DNA from: Candidatus Melainabacteria bacterium
GTDB lineage: Bacteria > Cyanobacteriota > Vampirovibrionia > LMEP-6097
DNA length: 64,000 nt
Direction: 5' to 3'
Assembly (NCBI GenBank): GCA_005110385.1
Contig: DUDT01000002.1
Span: forward strand, 27,854 to 91,853
Shown: positions 56,878 to 64,000 of the stretch, one piece after another
Layout: each line of letters starts with the position of its first letter
Position numbering within the stretch: the stretch's first letter is position 1
The notes under the pieces: model-generated
Seen by the model: the letters and a program-made list of their open reading frames with translations, nothing else
The model's database searches: none
Told to the model about the DNA's origin: nothing
Translations under genes and position numbers: made by a program

Positions 56878-57621
56878 ATGAAAATAGCTGTAATCGTTAG
56901 CCAAGTACCAGACACTACAACTAAAATAGAGATCGGAGCAGACGGAAAATCTATCAGTGAAACAGGTATAGAATGGATTTTAAATCCTTATGCTGAATTC
57001 GCTGTAGAAAAGGCTTTAAAGCTTAAAGAAGCTAATGATGCGGTCTCTGAAATTATATTAATAGCCTTAGGTCCAGAGAGAACCGTCTCTGCCATTCGTT
57101 CAGGATTAGCGATGGGAGCAGATCAGGGAGTTTTACTTAAATCAGATAAATTAAATGCTAAACCTTTAGCCGAAAAAATAAAAGAACTAGGTGTAGATCT
57201 TATTCTCGCTGGCAAAAAAAATATAGATATAGAAGCAGTATGGCTAGAAGCTGGAGTAGCAGCGCATTTAGATATACCTATGCTAGCTAATGTAAATAAA
57301 ATCGAATGGGAAAATGGGAAATTAATCGCTGAAAGAGAAGTGCCTAGTGGCGTAGAGAAATTCGAATTAAGCCTGCCAGCCTTAATAACCTGCGATAAAG
57401 GTAAAGATGAACCAAGATACGCATCGGTAATGGGTTTAATGAAAGCTAAGAAAAAACCCTTAGAAGAAATAGATGTGAGCATAGAAAGTGCTACTGGGCT
57501 AACTCCAGTGGAAGCTAAGCTGCCAGCAGCTCGTACTGGTGTGAAGATTTTTGAGGGACCTGCTCAAGAGACGGCTAAGCAGCTTTTAGAAGCTCTGAAA
57601 AATGAAGCTAAGGTGCTTTAA
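56878..57621 (+). CDS. etfB: Electron transfer flavoprotein beta subunit, with no adjacent etfA
   Basis: 'MKIAVIVSQVPDTTTKIEI' and 'NPYAEFAVEKALKLKE' are typical EtfB/FixA. Confidence 0.8.
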   Translation: MKIAVIVSQVPDTTTKIEIGADGKSISETGIEWILNPYAEFAVEKALKLKEANDAVSEIILIALGPERTVSAIRSGLAMGADQGVLLKSDKLNAKPLAEKIKELGVDLILAGKKNIDIEAVWLEAGVAAHLDIPMLANVNKIEWENGKLIAEREVPSGVEKFELSLPALITCDKGKDEPRYASVMGLMKAKKKPLEEIDVSIESATGLTPVEAKLPAARTGVKIFEGPAQETAKQLLEALKNEAKVL

Positions 57622-57638
57622 GTTGCATCGTTAGCAGT

Positions 57639-59090
57639 TTACATATTAGTCGCTGTAGAAATTTCTGAATTAGTTGTCTGTGAATTAGTTGTCGCAGCTA
57701 ATTCAGAAATTAAAAACCTTAAACTTGCTGAGTCCTTAAGCTTATAATTTATCCCTTCACCGGAAACAGCGTTTCCGACTAAAACGAAATTACTCTGATG
57801 ATTAACATTATCCATAGCTCTAGCAGCTTCGTATTCTACAGGCTGATCCCCAAAAATATAAATATCTTGTTCCTTCGCTTTACCCTTTTCATGGTTCTCC
57901 ATAAGAATTTGAGCTAATGGTTTAAATTTATCTGCATTAAAGCTTTGATGGCGCAATTCTATAAAACGACCGTATTGTTTTACTTTCCAGTCACGGTTAG
58001 CAGAAGTAAAATTCTCAAGATCCTTGATTAGAGACTCTTTTAACCCAGTATAATCATTAGCTTTAATACCAAAGCAGACTGAACCAGGAAGGGTAAATAT
58101 ATCCGTAATTGGAGACTCTGCTGCTTGTTTATTAGATGATTTCTGAGAATTAGAAGTTGTATAATTCAATCTTATATATTTCTCTATAGATGCTTTCATG
58201 CTCGCTGTCGCCCGAGATAAGCTTAAATTTGCATCCTGCACAATTTTCTCTGTTGCACCTCTTTCATTAATCTTCACACGCCCATTTTCACAGAAAACTG
58301 GAATCCCAGCCCCTGGAACATTTGATTTTCTTATTTCGCTTGCTGGACGAGTAGTAACGAAATATATTTGATAACGAGTATCTTTTTTAAGTTCCTTTAA
58401 GTCTGCTATTAGCTTGTCATCTAAATTAGGGGTGATATGCCCTGCGCTACCAGCCTCCGATGGGCGCAAAGTGCCGTCTATGTCAAAAATCAATATCTTA
58501 GGCTTAGCTGAATTTAATCTATCAAAGAGAATCTCCGTCTCATTAGCTCTTTCTTGATTACTAATCGCTTTACTAATTTCTGGTAATTTCTGTAATGCCC
58601 AGCCCTGAGCAGTATTAAACAATTTACTTGCAATATTCTTAACCTCCTCTAATACTGGTGAAATAAAAAACTTACTTCGCGATAAAGGTTGAAAACGACT
58701 AGTAATCGACTCCCTTGAGTCAATTACAGAATCTAAATGCTTAGCTAAATTTAGAGGATTTTGAATATTTTCCTTAGACGCTTGGTAATCTTGATCAGCA
58801 GCGGCTTCAAAAGTCTTCTGCAAATCTTCATCACTTGAATAAGCAGCATCTTTCATCTGGTGACTGTGCAGTAGGTTTATAAAGTCTACTGAATTATCGG
58901 TGGAAAGCTTATGTTTACGACCTTTTACAGCAAGACCGATGAATGTATCTAAATAATGAAAAAGTGCTTTTAACTGTTTATCTTTGTCTGTAACCGCACC
59001 CATTGCATGCGTGAAAACTGATGAATTTAATGCTGATAGCGCCAAAGACATACTTAAAATAATAGCAAGAAAGTTGTTATCAAAAATCAA
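57639..59090 (-). CDS. Secreted HAD-superfamily-like hydrolase (hypothetical)
   Basis: Signal peptide 'FLAIILSMSLALSALNSSVFTHA', a HAD motif I-like 'ILIFDIDGTL' and a late 'IYIFGDQ' (motif IV-like). Confidence 0.3.
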   Translation of the reverse strand: MIFDNNFLAIILSMSLALSALNSSVFTHAMGAVTDKDKQLKALFHYLDTFIGLAVKGRKHKLSTDNSVDFINLLHSHQMKDAAYSSDEDLQKTFEAAADQDYQASKENIQNPLNLAKHLDSVIDSRESITSRFQPLSRSKFFISPVLEEVKNIASKLFNTAQGWALQKLPEISKAISNQERANETEILFDRLNSAKPKILIFDIDGTLRPSEAGSAGHITPNLDDKLIADLKELKKDTRYQIYFVTTRPASEIRKSNVPGAGIPVFCENGRVKINERGATEKIVQDANLSLSRATASMKASIEKYIRLNYTTSNSQKSSNKQAAESPITDIFTLPGSVCFGIKANDYTGLKESLIKDLENFTSANRDWKVKQYGRFIELRHQSFNADKFKPLAQILMENHEKGKAKEQDIYIFGDQPVEYEAARAMDNVNHQSNFVLVGNAVSGEGINYKLKDSASLRFLISELAATTNSQTTNSEISTATNM

Positions 59091-59160
59091 GATGATTGAG
59101 ATTTAATCTCCAGATAAAGCCCGACTTCAACAGTTAACAATAATTGATATTATCTAATAT

Positions 59161-60204
59161 ATGTCCTTCTTTAAAAAGATTTTAAGTAAGATACCTTTTC
59201 TAAAAGGCAATGAGAAAACTGAAAGCAAAGAACAACTCAATTTAGCTGAAAGCGGAATCTTAGCTAATATATCGGAAACAGATTCAATACCAAGTAATTC
59301 TTTAAATGCAGTACTAGAGAGAGTTTTAATCAAAAAAGCAGAGCTAGATGATCTAGAAGAAGAACTTATTCGCTCTGATTTAGGTGTAGATTTAGCTATG
59401 GATTTCACCGAGCTTTTACGTAAAGAGCTTAAAGCCCAAAAAGAAATTTATAAAGATGACTTACAAGACAAGCTCAAAGAATTTCTGCTAGGAGCTTTTA
59501 CGGAAGTTAAAATCCATAGAAATAGAGCACAGCTAAGCCCAGTTAGCGAAAAATTAGACCCCTTTAAATTTAGCTGTCCTGAAAATGTACTTACTGTAGT
59601 TATGATACTTGGCATTAATGGTGTCGGAAAAACTACTAGCATAGCTAAACTTGCCTATAAATACAGAAACTTAGAGAATAAAAGAGTATTAATCGCAGCT
59701 GGAGATACTTTCAGGGCAGCAGCAGAAGACCAACTGCGTACTTGGGCAGAGAGAACTGGTGCTGATCTAATCGAGATGCCGCATGGCTCTAAATCTAGTG
59801 CTGTCGTCTATAAAGCGATAGAGAAGGCTAAGAATGAAAATTATGATCTTGTACTTATAGATACCGCTGGTAGATTACATAACAAGAAAAATTTAATGGA
59901 AGAATTATCTAAAATTCAAGAAGTAGTGAAAAAAAATCTAAATGGTCAAGCTTACCATTTGGAAACCATGCTGGTTTTAGATGCCTCTATGGGGCAGAAT
60001 TCTCTGATACAAGCTCAAACTTTTAATGAGCTTTGTGAAGTGGACTCTATCATTCTGACTAAGTTTGATGGCTCTTCTAAGGCTGGGACTGTCTTTTCTA
60101 TCGCCCATAAACTTAAAATCCCAGTCAAGTTCTTAGGTGTGGGAGAAAAGATGGAAGATCTAGAAGAGTTTAGTCCAGAGGCTTTTACTAAGAAGTATTT
60201 TTAG
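59161..60204 (+). CDS. ftsY: Signal recognition particle receptor FtsY
   Basis: 'ILGINGVGKTTSIAKLA', 'DTAGR' and an SRP-GTPase NG domain. Confidence 0.85.
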   Translation: MSFFKKILSKIPFLKGNEKTESKEQLNLAESGILANISETDSIPSNSLNAVLERVLIKKAELDDLEEELIRSDLGVDLAMDFTELLRKELKAQKEIYKDDLQDKLKEFLLGAFTEVKIHRNRAQLSPVSEKLDPFKFSCPENVLTVVMILGINGVGKTTSIAKLAYKYRNLENKRVLIAAGDTFRAAAEDQLRTWAERTGADLIEMPHGSKSSAVVYKAIEKAKNENYDLVLIDTAGRLHNKKNLMEELSKIQEVVKKNLNGQAYHLETMLVLDASMGQNSLIQAQTFNELCEVDSIILTKFDGSSKAGTVFSIAHKLKIPVKFLGVGEKMEDLEEFSPEAFTKKYF

Positions 60205-60238
60205 AATTCTTAAACGACGAGAAGCAGTTAATAAGACC

Positions 60239-60337
60239 TATACCCAACAGGGTATAAAGTAGGCTAAAGTAGTGATATTTATACCCTATCAGGTGTAAAT
60301 ATCACTTAAGTGAAGGGATTATACCCAATGTGGTATA
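60239..60337. promoter_or_regulatory. Array of three TATACC-N6-GGTATA palindromic operators (plus a fourth half-site near 60372) upstream of the hipB-like gene, spaced about 40 bp apart
   Basis: 'tatacccaacagggtata', 'tataccctatcaggtgta' and 'tatacccaatgtggtata'. Comparable to the E. coli HipB operators (TATCC-N8-GGATA). Confidence 0.55.
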
Positions 60338-60380
60338 ATTTTGCTATAAAACACTTAAATTAGACCCGAAAAGGTATAAA

Positions 60381-60587
60381 ATGCTGTTATCTATTTTCAT
60401 AAAACAAAAAAGAAAAATCGCTAAACTCACGCAAATAGAACTCGCGGAGAAAGCTGGAGTGGGCTTAAGATTTCTTAGAGATTTAGAGCAGGGTAAAGAA
60501 ACTTTAAGGTTAGATAAGGTAAATCAAGTACTGAGTTTATTTGGTTATGAAATGGGACCAGTTAAGTCTCAGCTAGGTGATAGTTAG
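60381..60587 (+). CDS. hipB: XRE-family HTH protein (HipB-like)
   Basis: 'LTQIELAEKAGVGLRFLRDLEQGK' is an HTH_XRE motif. First gene of the three-gene operon. Confidence 0.55.
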   Translation: MLLSIFIKQKRKIAKLTQIELAEKAGVGLRFLRDLEQGKETLRLDKVNQVLSLFGYEMGPVKSQLGDS

Positions 60588-60915
60588 AATGAGAAAAGCT
60601 GAGGTCTTAATGCACGAGGAACTTGCAGGCTGGCTAAGTCAAGATGAGCTGGGATATCACTTTCAGTATGCAGAAGAGTACCTTAAGTCAGAAAACCCTG
60701 TACCAATAAGCTTTACACTACCGATTAAAAAAGAAGCCTTTAACAGCTCTGTGTTATTTCCTTTTTTTGATGGGTTGATACCCGAAGGTTGGCTTTTAAA
60801 TATAGCTGAAAAAAACTGGAAACTTAAGCCTAGAGATCGCATGGGCTTGTTAATGGCTTGCTGCCTGGATTGTATTGGGGCGGTGAGTATTAATCCATTA
60901 ATAGAAGAATCATGA
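60577..60915 (+). CDS. hipS: HipA N-terminal subdomain-like protein (HipS-like)
   Basis: 'LPIKKEAFNSSVLFPFFDGLIPEGW' matches the HipA_N motif (..FF.NLLPEG). Its stop overlaps the next start (ATGA). Confidence 0.55.
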   Translation: MIVRMRKAEVLMHEELAGWLSQDELGYHFQYAEEYLKSENPVPISFTLPIKKEAFNSSVLFPFFDGLIPEGWLLNIAEKNWKLKPRDRMGLLMACCLDCIGAVSINPLIEES

Positions 60916-61859
60916 GTAATCGCTGCTTATACTGCTATTTAGCTTTAGCTGACGGTGAAATTGATTTTCATCCGAGCTGTAGTAAAAAAATATTTGGAAC
61001 TGCTGTTCCGCCTCTAATGCCTTATTCAGAAGAGAATCTAGATGAACTAGCTGAGCAAATTATCCAGTCACAGACCACTGTAACTGGAGTTCAGCCGAAA
61101 CTATCTCTACATTTAGCCTCGGCAGAAAATCCAAATCAAGTCAAACGTTTTACTATAGTAGGAATGTGGGGAAATTATATTTTAAAACCAGCATCACCAC
61201 ACTATCCTGAATTAGCAGAGATAGAGGATTTGACTATGCACCTCGCTGAGATCGCTAAGATTAAAACAGTACCTCATAGCTTAATTCGCTTATCCTCAGG
61301 TAATCTTGCGTATATTACTAAAAGAATTGATAGATGGAAAGGGGGGAAGCTCCATATGGAAGATATGTGTCAGCTCACTGAAAGGCTTACAGAAGATAAA
61401 TACCAAGGTTCTTACGAGCAGATCGCTAAAGCAATTTTAAAATATTCTGTAAATCCAGGACTTGATTTAGTTAATTTCGCGGAATTGATTTTATTTTCAT
61501 TTATAACTGGAAACGCTGATATGCACCTGAAAAATTTCTCTTTAATTTACCAAAGAGATACGGGGCCTGTGTTTTCACCTGCTTATGATTTACTCTCTAC
61601 AGTCTTAGTAAATCCTAATGATGACGAAGACTTAGCTTTAACTCTTAGTGGCAAAAAGAAAAAAATTAATTGTGATGATTTTAATAAAGCTTTTAATACC
61701 ATGGGCTTAGAGGGAAAACAGCAGAAAAATATTTTTAAGAAAATGGAGAAAGCTCTACCTAAATGGTGTGAATTTATAGAGCTGAGTTTTTTAAGTAGGG
61801 AGATGAAAGGTGCTTATGTAAAGCTGTTGGAGGAGAGGTTTGGGCGTTTGGGGTGTTGA
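60912..61859 (+). CDS. hipT: HipA C-terminal-like Ser/Thr kinase (HipT-like toxin)
   Basis: 'VTGVQPKLSL' and 'GNADMHLKNFSL' are the HipA signature motifs (GVQPKFS and DDHLKNFS). Confidence 0.7.
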   Translation: MSNRCLYCYLALADGEIDFHPSCSKKIFGTAVPPLMPYSEENLDELAEQIIQSQTTVTGVQPKLSLHLASAENPNQVKRFTIVGMWGNYILKPASPHYPELAEIEDLTMHLAEIAKIKTVPHSLIRLSSGNLAYITKRIDRWKGGKLHMEDMCQLTERLTEDKYQGSYEQIAKAILKYSVNPGLDLVNFAELILFSFITGNADMHLKNFSLIYQRDTGPVFSPAYDLLSTVLVNPNDDEDLALTLSGKKKKINCDDFNKAFNTMGLEGKQQKNIFKKMEKALPKWCEFIELSFLSREMKGAYVKLLEERFGRLGC

Positions 61860-61901
61860 AGTTATAAATTCAAGCTAGGGATCAAGCTGACCTACTAGTA
61901 A

Positions 61902-61941
61902 AGAGATGCCCAAAAGCTTGAGCCTTTGGGCATCTCTTTTT
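61902..61941. terminator. Bidirectional rho-independent terminator between hipT and rpoC
   Basis: 'agagatgcccaaaagcttgagcctttgggcatctcttttt'. Confidence 0.8.
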
Positions 61942-61960
61942 AATCTTTACACTTATTAAC

Positions 61961-64000
61961 TTAAGCTACTGAAAGCCCAGCCATAAGCTGCTCTTTCTCT
62001 GGGTGAGCAGCAATAAGACTTTCTTCACTATCCACCACAGCATCAAAGCCTGAACCAGATGGGATAAGACGTCCGATAATAACGTTCTCTTTAAGACCGT
62101 GTAACCAATCCGTTTTACCTTTAATCGAAGCTTCTGCAAGAATTCTAGTAGTCTCTTGGAAAGAAGCTGCTGATATAAAGCTCTCCGTATTTAAGCTAGC
62201 CTTAGTTAAACCAAGTAGAACGTGTTTGTATTGAGCAGTAATCTTACCTTCTTCCTCAGCTGCTTTATTAATAGTTCTTACATAATTAATATCATGTAAT
62301 TCACCTTGAAGAAGCTCAGTATCACCGGGATCATCGATTCTTACTTTACGAGTCATCTGTCTAACTATAGTCTCAATGTGTTTGTTTGCAATTTCAACAC
62401 CTTGAGAGACATATACTGACTGAACTTCATCGACTAAGAACTGTTGTAAATGCTCTACACCCTTATACTCAAGAAGATCATGCGGATTAGGCTGACCATC
62501 TGTAAGAAGGTCTCCTACGTTAATCTTATCACCATCATTAACGACGATGTTCTGACCAACAGGAATAACGAACTCTTTACGCTCATCCGCAGTTTTAATA
62601 AATATAGTCTCAGCACCATCTTCATTAAGAACTTCAGCGACACCAGATACATCAGAAATAATCGCTGGCTCTTTAGGCTTTCTACCTTCAAGTAATTCTT
62701 CTACTTTCGGAAGACCCTGAACTATGTCACCAGTCTTAACTTTCTCATAAATAATAGTAGCGAGCTGATCACCCTGCTGAACTAAAGAATGGTTATCGAC
62801 GTGTAATCTAGTACCAGAGCTTACAAGGAAAGGACGCGCCTTTCTAATCACGACTGTGTTTCCTTTCACTTCCGTTACTATACCTGGCTCCTCAAGCGGC
62901 TCTGAATTACCTATCGAATCACCTTTAAGAACGTAGTCCCCTGCTTTAACTTTAGGAGCGACCTTAGAAGTAACAGTAAAACTAGAAGCATCATCTAGAA
63001 TTAGGATTCTAGATTTATCTACTTGATTTACGAAAACCTCACCAGAAGTCTGTGCAATAGACTGAACTTTTGCTACAGCTTGATTAGCTTCAACAAAGTC
63101 ACCTGGCTGAACAAGAATCTCAGTAATAGTAGATGATGTTCTCTCAGACCTTAGAATAATATTTTCTTGGAAAATAATATTTAATGTCTCAGCTTCAGTA
63201 TCGAATTCTACGATTCCCTTAGAATCTTGGTATTGATCTTCACAAGACAGTATCAAACTAGTCTTAGTGAGTGCTCCACCATTAAAGTTACGAACTTTAT
63301 CACCGTCTCTGTAATGCATTTGCGTTACAGGGTAAATATTAATCGCAGCATCAGTAGTTTCAGCGGTAAACTCGACTTCACGTGGCTTAATATCATACAG
63401 CTGAACATCTCTAAGCAGGAGCTTAGTTTCACCAGTTTCTTCATGACTAAAGAGAGTAATCATACTTGGCTTAGTAGTCTTAACCTTAGGCATAATCTCT
63501 ACACCTTCTTTAACGATGTCTCCATCAGCATACTTAAGAAGCTCTGGATCTTCTATGTCGAAAAGCTGTCCAGGAGTCACTGTTACTTCATGAATAATAT
63601 TATTTTCAATAGTAACTCTAACTATACCGTCAATATTCGCATAAACGTCTTTAACAACTTCCGTTCCAGCTTTAACGTGAGTACCAGTCTCAATTATCGC
63701 AAGACTTGCATCTTTAGAAAGAGAATGAATCTCCTCTGGAATAAAAATTACTCTTCCATGCTTAGTAACAATCTTTCTATCATCTATTTCTAGATCATCG
63801 TATCTGATTTCACCCGAGCAAGGTAAGTGTAGTGAAAGCTCGTCATCAACAAGCTCTGCTAATATCTTACCATTCTCAATGGTCTCACCATTTACCATCT
63901 TAAGAACATACTTTTCATTAGCAAGAACCCAAAGATTACCTTGTTGATTCTGCTGTAATTTAGCATTAGAAGAACCTATCGAAGCGTTAATTACATTAAG
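61961..64000 (-). CDS. rpoC: DNA-directed RNA polymerase beta' subunit, C-terminal part. The gene continues beyond the window end.
   Basis: 'GLKENVIIGRLIPSGSG' near the C-terminus. The frame remains open from 63898 to 64000. Confidence 0.85.
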   Translation of the reverse strand, partial: LNVINASIGSSNAKLQQNQQGNLWVLANEKYVLKMVNGETIENGKILAELVDDELSLHLPCSGEIRYDDLEIDDRKIVTKHGRVIFIPEEIHSLSKDASLAIIETGTHVKAGTEVVKDVYANIDGIVRVTIENNIIHEVTVTPGQLFDIEDPELLKYADGDIVKEGVEIMPKVKTTKPSMITLFSHEETGETKLLLRDVQLYDIKPREVEFTAETTDAAINIYPVTQMHYRDGDKVRNFNGGALTKTSLILSCEDQYQDSKGIVEFDTEAETLNIIFQENIILRSERTSSTITEILVQPGDFVEANQAVAKVQSIAQTSGEVFVNQVDKSRILILDDASSFTVTSKVAPKVKAGDYVLKGDSIGNSEPLEEPGIVTEVKGNTVVIRKARPFLVSSGTRLHVDNHSLVQQGDQLATIIYEKVKTGDIVQGLPKVEELLEGRKPKEPAIISDVSGVAEVLNEDGAETIFIKTADERKEFVIPVGQNIVVNDGDKINVGDLLTDGQPNPHDLLEYKGVEHLQQFLVDEVQSVYVSQGVEIANKHIETIVRQMTRKVRIDDPGDTELLQGELHDINYVRTINKAAEEEGKITAQYKHVLLGLTKASLNTESFISAASFQETTRILAEASIKGKTDWLHGLKENVIIGRLIPSGSGFDAVVDSEESLIAAHPEKEQLMAGLSVA

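Overview
This is a low-GC (roughly one-third G+C by eye), gene-dense bacterial chromosomal window. Most of it is housekeeping genes on both strands: gpsA, a SpeH-type AdoMet decarboxylase, dcd, pilT, pheT, leuC, class-I RNR beta, korAB, tatA, rpsP, ndk, a guaB-like gene with guaA, hemL, acpP, fabG, smpB, sdhB, etfB, ftsY and the 3' part of rpoC. I found no rRNA, tRNA or CRISPR array. Several things stand out.

(1) A family of short dispersed repeats with consensus (A)ATGAGGAYGACGAAAACGCAGAAAWTGGAGTT... is present in at least nine copies. Six or seven of them sit in-frame inside unrelated protein-coding genes, always in the same orientation and frame relative to the host gene, and add a 'DDENAEIGV...'-type peptide. 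The hosts are a TrpD-like protein, a beta-lactamase-like protein (three copies), a DUF4143 ATPase and guaA. Two longer copies are intergenic and one is palindromic. This resembles the Rickettsia palindromic elements (RPEs) that insert into open reading frames, but the gene content here is not Rickettsia-like.

(2) A tripartite HipB-HipS-HipT-like toxin-antitoxin operon: an HTH gene, an ORF matching the HipA N-terminal subdomain and an ORF matching the HipA C-terminal kinase. It has overlapping stop/start codons, and an array of TATACC-N6-GGTATA palindromes lies upstream.

(3) Five divergent COG1373/DUF4143 AAA+ ATPase paralogs lie within about 28 kb. Several have repeat or palindrome arrays in their upstream regions.

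(4) A 1403-aa Upf1-like SF1 helicase is fused to a C-terminal Vsr/DUF559-like nuclease domain.

(5) A 782-aa flagellin/FlgL-family protein has its central region replaced by FG-GAP beta-propeller-like repeats.

(6) Many genes whose partners are normally adjacent stand alone here: leuC, nrdB, sdhB, an ABC permease and etfB. This suggests a heavily rearranged, possibly host-associated genome.

All functional calls rest on motif and architecture recognition by eye. No database search was run.
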